Assembly (NCBI GenBank): GCA_963765765.1
Contig: CAVXYC010000020.1
Location: 480,001-544,000 of the forward strand
Origin: an uncultured Chloroflexia bacterium
GTDB taxonomy: Bacteria > Chloroflexota > UBA6077 > JACCZL01
Direction: 5' to 3'
DNA: 64,000 nucleotides
The position numbers and the translations under genes are program-made. A model generated the notes under the pieces. It did not search any database, was not told the DNA's origin, and saw only the letters and a list, made by a program, of their open reading frames with translations. Positions 43,150 to 53,904 of the stretch are shown here, one piece after another (the first letter of the stretch is position 1; every line of letters starts with the position of its first letter).

Positions 43150-45376
43150 TCATTCAGCGCGCTCACGGATCGCCCGCAATACCCGCTCCGGAGTCAACGG
43201 CAGCTCATTGATACTGTGCCCGATGGCATCGGCCACGGCCGCGCTCACCGCTGCAACGGCGGGTGGGAGCAGCGTCTCACCGAGACCGTGGATCTCGCCT
43301 GACTCGCCCTCAAGGACGTGGGTTGTCAGAGCGTCCGGTATATCGCCGAACGATGGAATGAGATAGTCCGAAAGATTCGGGATTCGTGAGGCGTCCCGCG
43401 TCAAATACCATCTCTTCCATCAATCCCTGTCCAAGCCCAAAGATGGCGCTGCCCTCGTTTTGCAGCTCACATTGCTGCGGATTGACCACTCTTCCGGCGA
43501 AGACGCCTGCGTGAAGCCTGATAACGTGCACTCGACCGGTCTCAGTGTCCACCTCAACGTCAGCAGCACAGACGCCGTGGTGCCAATGGTCCGATGCGCC
43601 GAGCCGACCGGTCACAGGATCCGGCTTGGGTCGACTCTGGAACCGCCCCTGTCCGAGTACGGTGCCGATACGTAGCTTGCGGATCAGCGCGCCATACGAC
43701 ATTGAGCGCTCGGGCGCTCCGCGAACGGCGATCATCCCATTTTCGAGCACCAGGTCGTCTGGCGCGACCTCCAGATCCACGGCTGCCAGCTCCGCGAGCT
43801 GCCGTTTTAGGTCACCCCCGGCAACCTTGACCGCGGAGCCCATCACTGCCGTCGTTCGGCTAGCGCTGGTCGTCTCATCGAACGGTGTTAGATCCGTATC
43901 GGGGTCGGAGATCGACACGTACTCCAGCGGAACACCGGTGGATTCAGCTGCTATCTGAGATAGTGCGGTCTTTGCCCCCTGGCCCATCTCGACGCTGCTC
44001 GTAAGGACGCTCAAGCTTCCGTCCTCATTGAGCTTGCACATCGCGGCCGATGTTGAAGGCGAACGCGTGGTTTTGATGCAGAGCGTGATCGCCCGACCAC
44101 GGCGCAATGGACCTGCATCATCGTTGCTGGAACGATCGTTCCAACCGATCGCGCGCTCGGCATCATCGAGGAGCTCGGAGATGTGGAGATCATCCAGCTC
44201 ACCGCCACCAAAGTAGCGATCGCCGTTCTGCACGAGATTGCGCCTGCGGAGCTCCAGCCGGTCCATCTTCAAGCGACGCGCCACTTCATCCAGGTGTGTT
44301 TCAGCGGCCCATACAGCTTGCGCGGCGCCCGGACCGCGAAATGGGCCGGACGGCAGCAGGTTGGTAAACACAGCGTGCGACTCGAGCAACGAGTTCGGGA
44401 TGCGGTATGCCGCGAGGGTAGCCTGGCCTCCGGTACGAGTAACTCTCGAGCCTGTCTCCGCGTATGCGCCTTTGTTGTAGAAGCATTGCACGTGGCCGGC
44501 CACCAGCCGGCCGTCCGACATCGCGCCGATTTTCATACGAATCGTGGCCGCGGACCGACAGCTCATGAGGAAATCCTCAGCCCGATCGAGCGCGATGCGG
44601 ACCGGCCGACCACTCTTTAACGCCAGGAGCGCCGCGACGGGCTCTAGCTTTCCGTAGAGCTTGGATCCATATCCCCCGCCAAGGGTCTGGGTGATAACGC
44701 GGACGGAGCTGAGTGGCAGCTTGAAGATCTGGGCCAGCAAGTCACGCACGGCATAGGGACTCTGAGTGCTGCTCCATACCGTGAGCTGTCCCATTTCGAA
44801 GCAAGCCAACGCCACGTGTGGCTCGAGTGGCACGTGCTGCACCGCGGGACAGCGGTACTCCTGTTCTACGATAACGTCTGCTTCTCGGAAGCCGGTTTCG
44901 ATGTCACCGTGACGAACCTCGAATCGGTCGTGCAAGTTCGTTTCGCCCTGCACGATCGGCGCATCGGCTGCCAGGGCCTCAACAGCATCGAAGACTCCGG
45001 GAAGCTCCTCGTATTCGACATCGATCAGGTCTAAGGCCCGCTGGGCGGTGGCCTCGTCCACCGCGGCAACCGCGGCCACGGCCTCGCCGGCGTAGCGTGC
45101 ACGCTCCATCGCCAGCACCGGCTGATCGCGCACGAGCGGTCCGTAGAAGGGATCAATATCATCGCCGGCCAGGTCATCACGCGTCACGATGGCCACAACG
45201 CCGGGGATCTCCTGGGCGGCGGCAACATCGATTCCTACAATCCGTGCGTGAGGATGTGGACTGCGGAGTATTCGGCCGACCAGCATACCGGGGAGCTCGA
45301 TGTTGAGCACGTAAGGAATGCGACCGGTCACGCGTTGGGCCGCGTCGACCATAGGGACCCGCTGTCCAATAGCCAT
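43150..45376 (-). CDS. Xanthine dehydrogenase-family molybdopterin-binding large subunit, frameshift near the C-terminus
   Basis: RSPHPHARI, HVPLEPH, LGGGYGSK, GPFRGPG, EMGQG, SASRTT, GLGE, LPLTPERV. Confidence 0.9.
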
Positions 45377-45567
45377 CGCTCTTCCACCTCGACGAGTGGG
45401 GCTCATTATAATGGCGCGACGGTCGGGCGTTGTTGCTGTACAGCCGGGCATTCCATACGTAACGTGAAGCCAGGAATGACGGCGGAACACGTGTCTCCGC
45501 CTTGTACTACCGATGCTTCTGGCCAGGCAATTGAGAACCAGCCAGCTTCAACCGTGAGGACCTTCGT

Positions 45568-46596
45568 ATGACGTCAAGTGCTCCCCGGGCCACTTTTGGC
45601 TTGATCATCTCCGCGAATTACCCCGCGACAACCGATCTTAGCGCCCGACTCGCGGATCATCGCGACCAGGTCAAGCTGGCGCGCGAGGCAGGATTCACGT
45701 CGGTCGTTACCAACCAGCATTTCCTATCGCACCCGACCACCAGCTTCTCCACGATCCCATACCTGAGCAGCATGATCGACATCTCGGGCGATATGCGACT
45801 GGTGATTGGCGTGGCGCTTATGCCGCTGCAGAATCCCGTGTACCTTGCCGAGGACGTCGCGACACTCGATTGGCTATCCGGCGGGCGGGCCATCCTGGGC
45901 CTGGCCATGGGCTACCGTCCGGAGGAGTTCGCGGCGATGGGTGTCTCGCTCCGCGAGCGTCGGGGGCGGTTCGAAGAAGGCATCGAGGTCATGCAACGCA
46001 TCTGGGCCGCCCAGACAACCTGGAGCTTTGAGGGCCGCTACTACAATTACGAGAATCTTCCCGGTGGATTGAAGCCGAAGCAAAAGCCCCATCCGCCCAT
46101 GTGGTTCGCCGCGGACGTCGACGCAGCGGTGGAACGGGCGGGCCGATTGGGCGCAGCCTGGTACTCCAATCCACGCGCCGGGCTTACCTCGCTCACCCGC
46201 CAGGCCGCGATCTATCGCAGCTCACTCGCCGAGCACGGTCATCCGCTTCCGGACATATTCCCGCTCCGGCGCGAGCTCTTCATCGCTCCCACGGATGCCG
46301 AAGCGCGGCACGTGGCCGTGCCACACATCATTCATCAGCTTGATCTCTACCAGAGCTGGGGCCAATTCGAAGCAATGCCCAAGGACGACCAACCGCCAAT
46401 GAGGTTCGATGAGAACAACATCCCCGATGCCTTCCTGGTAGGCTCTCCCGAATCCCTGGCCGAACAGATCAATCGTTATGTCGATACGCTCGGCGTGAGC
46501 CACTTCGTCGTCAAAATTCAATGGGCCGGGATGGACCACAGAGACGTCATGCGTTCGATCGAGCTCATCGGCAATGAGCTCGCCCCCCGTCTCTGA
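45568..46596 (+). CDS. LLM-class flavin-dependent oxidoreductase
   Basis: EAGF..V...QHF, LAEDVATLDWLSGGR..LG...GYRPEEF, PKQKPHPP, LVGSPE. Confidence 0.9.
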   Translation: MTSSAPRATFGLIISANYPATTDLSARLADHRDQVKLAREAGFTSVVTNQHFLSHPTTSFSTIPYLSSMIDISGDMRLVIGVALMPLQNPVYLAEDVATLDWLSGGRAILGLAMGYRPEEFAAMGVSLRERRGRFEEGIEVMQRIWAAQTTWSFEGRYYNYENLPGGLKPKQKPHPPMWFAADVDAAVERAGRLGAAWYSNPRAGLTSLTRQAAIYRSSLAEHGHPLPDIFPLRRELFIAPTDAEARHVAVPHIIHQLDLYQSWGQFEAMPKDDQPPMRFDENNIPDAFLVGSPESLAEQINRYVDTLGVSHFVVKIQWAGMDHRDVMRSIELIGNELAPRL

Positions 46597-46668
46597 TGCA
46601 CGGCGGTCTGTCACATACGACCGCCGACAAGCGATGTGCCGGAGCGCCTGACCGCTGATTGGGGAGAG

Positions 46669-47666
46669 TTAACGCGGTCGCGCGGATACATCAGCACCTG
46701 TCCGAACCACCGGCAGTCGCACGGTAAAGCACGACCTCGGCCTTCTTCGCTCTCCACCTTTGCTCCGGGCTGTATTTCACGGCATCTAAGAGCAGATTCC
46801 CCAGAACTCGTTCGAGGCGAGGGAGATCCCAAACCCCCACCACCTCGGAATTGGCGTGTACAAATCGGATGTGATGACGGCTGAAGGCTTGTTGGTGCTC
46901 AGAGACTATTCGGCGTGTCAGATCCACCAGGTCACCGGGGCAAGATTCAACGGAAGCGGTTGATCCGCCTGTATACGAGCCAGATCGAGTAGCTCATCGA
47001 TCTGATCCACTGCCTTCGCGACCATAGCGTCAATGGTTTCCAGACCTTGCATCAGCTTTGCCGTATCGGCGACACGGTTCTGGTCGTCTGTCGCTTGAGA
47101 AGCTGCGCGTAACCCTTGATCGCCCCGAGCGGGTTTTTCAGATCGTGCGCCACCGCGGCAAGAAACTCGTCCCGGATTCGAATAGCATCTTCGGCGGCCA
47201 GGCGGGACTCCCGCTCGGCTTCCTCGGCCGAGGCTTCAGCCGTCAGGTGCTCACGCAGCTCGTATTGACGACGGCGGGCACGCAGGGCAACCTGGGCGGC
47301 ATTCACCAGTGTGGTGGCCCGGACGGGTCGGTCGAGGAACGTCGCGTTGGCCTGTTGCCCGAGTCTGTCCGTCAGGTGCGTCAGAGCAGGCGCCGGCATG
47401 CCGCCGCTAACCAGCACGATCAATGGAGTATCAGACCACGGAGGCTCGCTTCAGGCTCTCTAGCAACCTGTCCATAGCATCGGCAGACAGTGCTTCCTGG
47501 GTGAGGAGCACAGCACCAGCTCCGGCGCGGAGCGCCTGCTAAGGTCATTCATGTTTGCGCAAATGTAGGCGGGAATATGCACCTTGTCCAATGCCGCCTG
47601 GGCGAGGCCTGCATCCCGGCCAACTGGCGCGAGGACAAGAATGCGCTCATCTAGATTACTGCCCAT
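46669..47666 (-). pseudogene. Sensor histidine kinase with degenerate N-terminal receiver; HATPase domain internally deleted, plus frameshifts
   Basis: RILVLAPVGRDA, ALRARRRQYE, DEFLAAVAHDLKNPL, RLERVLGNLL..AVKYSP joined directly to VESEEGRG..FTVRLP. Confidence 0.65.
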
Positions 47667-49170
47667 CCCCGCCGCCACTCGTATCGCCCTGCTTGCTCGT
47701 GTCAAGTAACGACCGCGCCGAACCAAGATAGGTTGGCGCTCCGGCAAGAACCCCTTGGAAATCTCGCAGCGGTGGCCCCACACCACGCCCGGTCCAAGCT
47801 TGAATTCACGGATTGAGCGCTCATGCATCCCACTGCGCTTCTTGACGACCGAGATAGCCTGGCGGAGCTCGCCGATCGCCTCAAAGTAGCGCAGCAGCAC
47901 CACTGTGTCAGCTAGATAGCTAACATCGAGAGGCGACTGCGCCCGATCACCAATCAAGCCGTGCTGGGCGAGAGACATCAGCGTCAGAACACCCTGCTGC
48001 CCCAGGTAGGTGAGCAGCTCGTGGAGCTGCACGAGAACCAGACGCTCCTCGCTCATAGCGTTGAGATAGCCATTTAAGCTGTCGATGACGATGACCCGCG
48101 CTCCACCTCGTTCCACGGCTTGACGCAAGAGATAGTCGAACTCACCGGGCGACAATTGCCCTGATGAGCTGCTTGAGCGTGATCTGTCCCCGCTCCACCT
48201 GTGGACGCAATCTAAGCCCGAGACCATCGGACCGAGCCATCAGCGTCTGGACGCTCTCATCAAAAATGTAGATAGCAGCGCGCTCACCGCGTTCAGCCGC
48301 CGCTACGGCGTATTGCATGCCGAGTACGGACTTGCCAACCCCCGCCGGTCCCATCAGGAGGGCACTGGTGCCGCGATCCGACCCTCCGCCGAGAAGGCTA
48401 TAGAGCTTCCCGGGACACCACTGGACACGATATCCGGCTGAAGGTGATTCCGATGGTCAAGCGCTACCAGGCGCGGAAACACCTCGACACCGCCGGTTCG
48501 AATCAGGAAGTCGTGGTGACCCCCACGATACTGGCTGCCTCGAAGCTTCACGACGCGAAGGCGACGGCGTTCGTTTCCGTACGTCGGAGCCATCTGCTCC
48601 AGGCGGAGAACGCTGTGAGCCACACTCTCGAGCCCACGGATTCTTCAGCGCTGTCGAGAAGCAGGACAGTACAGTTGCGCCCTGCCAAAAAATGCTTCAA
48701 GCCAAGGATCTGGCGACGATAGCGGAGACTGTCCTGCGCCAGGAGCCGTAGCTCCGCGAGAGAATCAAAGACCACGCGAGTTGGCTTAGTTCGCTCGACC
48801 TCCTCGAGCACGGCCCAGGTCGTCTCGGTAAGCTGCTCCTCCGTGGAGTGAAGAATGGTGTATTGCGCCTCCGGATTGAGACTATCCTCAGTGGGCGCCA
48901 GCTCACGGAGAGCGATGCCGTCCAAATCCCAGCCATGTGACTGTGCGACAGACCTGAGCTCTTCCATCGTCTCCGAGAGGGTGACGTAGAGCACAGGCTC
49001 AGCCTTCTGCGCGCTCCATCGAGCAGGAACTGCAGCGCAAGTGTGGTCTTGCCAGTGCCCGGCGCGCCTTCGACGAGATGTAGACGATGACCGGGGAAAC
49101 CCCCGCCGAGAACCTCATCGAGCCCCGCAATGCCGCTGCACACCCGCGCTGGCGTCACATTCAGACTCAT
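47656..49170 (-). CDS. KaiC/GvpD (RAD55-like) double-domain ATPase, frameshifted
   Basis: [78 protein letters not shown]. Confidence 0.88.
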
Positions 49171-49455
49171 CCCCGCACACTCCTCCATTGCCAACCGAGA
49201 TGGGGCCGGCCAGAGATGTGCCGCGGACCAGGGATCGGTCATGTGCAACAGGAGTGAGCGGATCGCATCTATTCGCGTCACCCAGGCAGCCCATTCACCC
49301 GGGCGACCACAGGGCTCCGACCTACGGACGGGAACCAGGGCGCCAGCGAAAACAATTATATCAACCTTAACAGTGAGCCCAATGGATTTCGCGCGTCTCT
49401 CATCAGCGGAACAATAGCCCCCACGTCGAACTGAGATCGTTGGCGTTCTCTCTGT

Positions 49456-49971
49456 TTAGTTCGCTTTACAAGCTACCCTCGCACCTTTGCCACGGGTACG
49501 GGTATCAGACTTTGCATATTCCTTCTGTCCCGCTCGCACTACCGCTGCACCGATTGCTATCAGAACCACGCCAAAAGCCAGGAACGCCAGGTCCCACAGG
49601 GCAACGTTGGGCACGTCCTCTCTGACATGGTGAAAGCCAAGAAGGTAATGATTCACGATGCCCTCGACAACGTTGAACAAGCCCCACCCGATCGCCAGGC
49701 AACCGACCAACACCCGTGTAGACCAGGGGCCGATCGGATTGCGGCTGGCACGCCAGAGCAGAGAAAGCCCGATGGCCGTCACCACCCATGTGAACGCGTG
49801 AAAGAGTCCGTCCCACAGCGTGTTGACCTGTAGGTTTTCCAAAGTAGTTGGAGGGTAAGGACCACTTGTCAGCATGTGGTGCCACTGCAAAATTTGGTGC
49901 AGGACAATGCCGTCAATGAATCCGCCCAGGCCGACACCGAGAACCGTCCCAGCCACCACAAACGGAGGCAT
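49456..49971 (-). CDS. DUF2243 family membrane protein (5' end probably truncated by the IS remnant)
   Basis: GLGGFIDGIVLHQILQWHHM, WDGLFH, GWGLFNVVEG, HHVR. Confidence 0.85.
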   Translation of the reverse strand: MPPFVVAGTVLGVGLGGFIDGIVLHQILQWHHMLTSGPYPPTTLENLQVNTLWDGLFHAFTWVVTAIGLSLLWRASRNPIGPWSTRVLVGCLAIGWGLFNVVEGIVNHYLLGFHHVREDVPNVALWDLAFLAFGVVLIAIGAAVVRAGQKEYAKSDTRTRGKGARVACKAN

Positions 49972-50401
49972 CCGGGACGCGTCCGCTCAGGCTGATCCGA
50001 CAGAAGCGCCGCCCCCCACGCTGTCCGTCACTTCCGTCACGAGGGTTTCGTACCCCAACTGGTAGCGCATCTTCAGAAACATCGACCGGAGATAGGTCTC
50101 CATCGGGATCGTCTGCCCGGCCGCGCTTCGATGGAAACCGTGCCACGAATGGGGCCAGAAAGCGCTCATCGTCTAAGAGCGCATCGATCGCCTGCAGCCC
50201 CGGGCTCAAGCGTCAGGGCTGTCGTAGGCAGCAGATCCTTCCAGAAGTACGCGCTGCCGATTCAAGAGTCGCAGCATCGTTCCTCCACTCGCCAGGCCGG
50301 TTGGCGTGCCAGCTGGATACCGTGCCGGGTTTACTCCGTCAAAAACGCGCCCATCCGGTAGAGAACGCAAGAGTGTTTTACTCATTACTTCGCGCTCGTA
50401 G
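49972..50401 (-). mobile_element. IS remnant: N-terminal fragment of an IS5/ISNCY-like transposase
   Basis: LQAIDALLDDERF...GR.TIPMETYLRSMFLKMRYQLGYETLVTEVTDS...RRFCRISL..RVPDAS, then abrupt loss. Confidence 0.75.
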
Positions 50402-50424
50402 TCAGCGTCTCAGCTATCCCGCAC

Positions 50425-50679
50425 TTATGGCCATCTCCCCTCAGCCCAGCCAATCATTTCCACCACGTCCACGCTGGTGCCCGCGTCATTAGCTAGCGCG
50501 CGGACTTTGGAGATGATCTGGTTGAAACGCGCCTCGTCGAACACGGCATCAGGCGTTGCTTTGAAACGCGCCGCTTGCTCGACGTATTTTCCGCGCTCGG
50601 CAATCAAGGCTACGATCTGCCGATCGAGTCGATCGATATTGGCGCGAACCTCATCGAGTGTTTCGCAGTGGACTACCAT
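50425..50679 (-). CDS. Chorismate mutase type II / PchB-like protein, C-terminus apparently truncated
   Basis: TLDEVRANIDRLDRQIVALIAER..YV..AARFK; ends early next to the IS remnant. Confidence 0.75.
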   Translation of the reverse strand: MVVHCETLDEVRANIDRLDRQIVALIAERGKYVEQAARFKATPDAVFDEARFNQIISKVRALANDAGTSVDVVEMIGWAEGRWP

Positions 50680-50734
50680 CCGAACCTCCGTGATGTTGCG
50701 ATGGTACAGAACCGAGCTTCCGGACCCGGAACGA

Positions 50735-51898
50735 CTACTGCAGCGCTTCACGCATGGGCGACTCATAACGTCGCCACACGTCGTACTCTCGCTGCTTCAT
50801 CTCGGTAAATTCGGATCCGGATGCGTATTGCAAATCAGCTTCCACCCCGGCCTCTCTGGCCCACGCAATGAAACCCGGATCACGTAGCGCCGTCATCACC
50901 ATGGCACCCAGATACTCGGCGCGATCATTCGGCGTGTCCGGAGGAACGGCGATTCCTGAGAGCGCAGTTCCAGCAATCTCCAGATCGTCCACATTTGGCA
51001 GATTGAGCTCTCGCGCTGTCGGAATATCCGGCAGTAGCGGACTCCGTTGCGCTTCAAGCGAGAGGATAGCGCGCATCTCCCCGGATTTGACGAACTGAAT
51101 CGTGGAGGAAACCGGGGAAAAAACCTGAAGGTCCAGATCGCCTCGCACGAGCGATGGCGTGATATCAGCCGTACCCGTGAATCCCCCTACGAACGAGGCA
51201 TTCTTGATCTCGAGCGCGGAGGTGAGAGCAACTTGCGACGGCAGAAAACCACCCACGCCGTTGTGCCCCATGCGAATCCGTGTGCCGCGGCGATCGGCAT
51301 TCAGTACGTCCTGAATCGTCCACCATGATGAGCTCATAGGCACGGCCACAAAGGCCGGGGACTTGCGCACGCCACTGACCCATATCCATGTGCTGAGATC
51401 GAAACCTTCAGCAGGCGTAATCAGCACGTCTGTCCAGAGGGTCGTATCCGATGAATAGATAAGTGTGTAGCCGTCGGGCGGAGACTGCTGAAATTGCCGA
51501 GCCGCAATGCGCTGCCCGCCGCCAGGAACGTTTTTGACGATCACAGGCTGTCCGAGCGCTGTCTGGAGCGGATTCGCTAGCTGCCGCGCAACGGCGTCGT
51601 ATCCGCCGCCAGGGTTGAATGGCACAAGAAGCTCTAGAGGCCTCGTTGGGTAATCGGGCGGCTTGGCAATTGGACGAACCGCAACGATTGCAGGAGAAGG
51701 CGCGGATGGCCGGGTCGCTGACGAGGCAGCCCCAGGTGGAGACGCTTTGGAAGCGGGCGTGCTCGTCGGGCTTACTGGCGTAGGCATACGGCATGCTGAT
51801 AGGAGCATCGCCGCTGATACCCCAAGCACCGCGCCGAAGAAGGACCGACGCGTGCCCCTAGGATGTTCAGTGGGGCCCCACGTGTTCGGCCGATCCAC
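50735..51898 (-). CDS. Bug/TctC substrate-binding lipoprotein (Tat-like signal)
   Basis: TRRSFF, LSAC, YPTRPLELLVPFNPGGGYD, VKNVPGGG, PDGYTL. Confidence 0.88.
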   Translation of the reverse strand: MDRPNTWGPTEHPRGTRRSFFGAVLGVSAAMLLSACRMPTPVSPTSTPASKASPPGAASSATRPSAPSPAIVAVRPIAKPPDYPTRPLELLVPFNPGGGYDAVARQLANPLQTALGQPVIVKNVPGGGQRIAARQFQQSPPDGYTLIYSSDTTLWTDVLITPAEGFDLSTWIWVSGVRKSPAFVAVPMSSSWWTIQDVLNADRRGTRIRMGHNGVGGFLPSQVALTSALEIKNASFVGGFTGTADITPSLVRGDLDLQVFSPVSSTIQFVKSGEMRAILSLEAQRSPLLPDIPTARELNLPNVDDLEIAGTALSGIAVPPDTPNDRAEYLGAMVMTALRDPGFIAWAREAGVEADLQYASGSEFTEMKQREYDVWRRYESPMREALQ

Positions 51899-51968
51899 GA
51901 AAATTTATCTCCTTAAAGCATCCAACGGCGCGTAATAGCGGCGCGAGAAGCGCTCGCACGCCAAGGTA

Positions 51969-53210
51969 TCACGAGACTGCTGCGAGCGCTCGTTTCGCGC
52001 GCCGGTCGATGACATGAACCCAGACCGCGACCGAGAGTATGGCCCACATCAGGACGCCGCTCAAAGCGAAAGCGGTAACGGTCCCGAACGCGGTGACCAT
52101 GGCACCCATGGCGACAGGCGCAGCCGTGCTTGCAACCTGATTTGCTGACATGCGTAGGCCCAGCGCCACACCCCTTTGATCGGGCGGCGCGTCCTCACTC
52201 ACGATCGCCATCAAGAGCGGAAGACTCAGACCGACACCAGTACCCATAAGAATAGACGGTGCATATACCCAGGGAATCACGGCAACGTGCGGTGAGATCG
52301 CGGCTCCTAAAGCGCCCAGCGCCAGCGCTACAGCCGTAACGATCTCAGGCGTGGCCTTGCGGGTGAGTGGCCCAGCGAAGAGCGCCGTGGCTGTTGAGAC
52401 GATTGAATTGCTCGAGAGCACGCTTCCAATCAGCGTTGCCGAGAATCCCTGACTCGCCAGAAATAGCGGGAAAAATGCGCGCCAGCCGTTTCCATTCCAG
52501 AGGCGGACAAACGTGAGCATCAACGCTACCTGGATGCCACGCACCTTCATGAGCTCCAATGCCGTACCGAAGCCGCCGCTGGAATCTCGCTTCGCCGCCT
52601 TCCGCAGTGATTTGGCCCGGACATCGGGAATGACAAGACCCATAATGAGGAAGAGTACGCACGTACCTCCTACGACTGCGAACGCATTTTGATATCCGAA
52701 GACGTCAGCCACCCAGCCGGCAAGAAGCGGGGCCGCGATGGTTCCGGCATTGCTGGCAAAGCTAAGTTTGCCCATCTGGCCCGGGCGATCCGCCGCTGAG
52801 CCGATATTGCTAACGTAAGTCTGGGAGGCAACCCACGCCGTGCTCCGGCCCATTCCAAGGATGAGCTGGAGCACCATCATGCCCCAGAAGTCGGTGGTAA
52901 ACACGAAGCCAATGCACATCACCGCACAGACGAATGTGCTGATGATGTAGGTGATCTTTGGGCCGAACCGGTCTGCAATAGCGCCCGACGTGACCGAGAG
53001 GAGCGCCGGAATCGCTGCTCCCGCTCCCACGAGGATCCCAATGAGCTCAATGGGGATACCGACCGATTGCGCCCTGAGAGGAATGAGCAGTGACGTCATC
53101 TGCTGGAATTCGAATGCGAATGCACCAGAGACGTAAGTCAGTCCCATTTGCCACGGACGAATACGGACGACTCCGTCTTTCGATACGGTCGGCGAGCTCC
53201 CAGCAGCCAT
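51969..53210 (-). CDS. MFS transporter
   Basis: GAIADRFGPK, 12-TM pattern, QRGVALGLR. Confidence 0.88.
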   Translation of the reverse strand: MAAGSSPTVSKDGVVRIRPWQMGLTYVSGAFAFEFQQMTSLLIPLRAQSVGIPIELIGILVGAGAAIPALLSVTSGAIADRFGPKITYIISTFVCAVMCIGFVFTTDFWGMMVLQLILGMGRSTAWVASQTYVSNIGSAADRPGQMGKLSFASNAGTIAAPLLAGWVADVFGYQNAFAVVGGTCVLFLIMGLVIPDVRAKSLRKAAKRDSSGGFGTALELMKVRGIQVALMLTFVRLWNGNGWRAFFPLFLASQGFSATLIGSVLSSNSIVSTATALFAGPLTRKATPEIVTAVALALGALGAAISPHVAVIPWVYAPSILMGTGVGLSLPLLMAIVSEDAPPDQRGVALGLRMSANQVASTAAPVAMGAMVTAFGTVTAFALSGVLMWAILSVAVWVHVIDRRAKRALAAVS

Positions 53211-53373
53211 GTGCGCGAAACCCCCAAGATTAATGCGGTTCTCGGCGCAGGGTTTTGCTAGTGAGAGCTTTAGCCCATCCGCTCCATCCAGAGTTCGGGG
53301 ATCCGGCCTGGAGAGCTACGGCTCTGTTCACTACGTCGCGCTACGCCGGTGGCGCTTTGTATTGCTTGGATAA

Positions 53374-53904
53374 CTAGAAGGGCGGAACCATCGCCCCAAA
53401 CATGACCCCTTTGTAGAGATCCAGTCGGACCAGAGTCGCCAGCCCCCAGAGGCTCGCCGTCGTTCCCGCCGCCAGTAGCGCTGAGCCTATCCAACTGGCT
53501 CCGCCAAACAGCCGCAGGAATAGAAGTACATAGAGCGGAATTGCAACGAGGAAGCCTAAGAACAGGACTCCGAGAGCAGCTAGCATCAAACTTCCGAAGA
53601 CGATGCCGACGATCCGCCAGGGGATCTCAGAGACGAGCACCTTTCTCGGCCCGCCTCCTTGAGACCCTTCCATGCCCTCCTCGACGGCAGCGCCCTCCCA
53701 GCTAACCTCGAACATCGACTCAATTTTGGGCGAGAACTCTCCCACAAGCGAGAGCGCAAGAAGTATGAGCACGGGGACACCGACGATTTGCGGCCAGACG
53801 CGCGCATCCGCCTTGAGTCCGAATGAGGCGACAACCAGTGTGAGGACGAAAGCCATCAGCACGATTGTCACGTAGAACGAGATCGTCTGAAACGGCCGGG
53901 TCAT
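53374..53904 (-). CDS. TctB family small permease
   Basis: ARVWPQIV, LGFLVAIPLYV; overlaps the tctA stop. Confidence 0.8.
   Translation of the reverse strand: MTRPFQTISFYVTIVLMAFVLTLVVASFGLKADARVWPQIVGVPVLILLALSLVGEFSPKIESMFEVSWEGAAVEEGMEGSQGGGPRKVLVSEIPWRIVGIVFGSLMLAALGVLFLGFLVAIPLYVLLFLRLFGGASWIGSALLAAGTTASLWGLATLVRLDLYKGVMFGAMVPPF

Noticed and set aside
37041-45376. Aerobic CO dehydrogenase (coxMSL) call
   Set aside because: The AYxCSFR motif is absent and there are no coxDEFG accessory genes.
47656-49170. Circadian clock
   Set aside because: No kaiA/kaiB nearby; the context is the kinase-linked KaiC-like subfamily.
12200-49200. Programmed frameshifting or phase variation explaining the split genes
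   Set aside because: The breaks are too many and scattered, lack consistent slippery motifs, and some are compensating pairs; sequencing error is more parsimonious.
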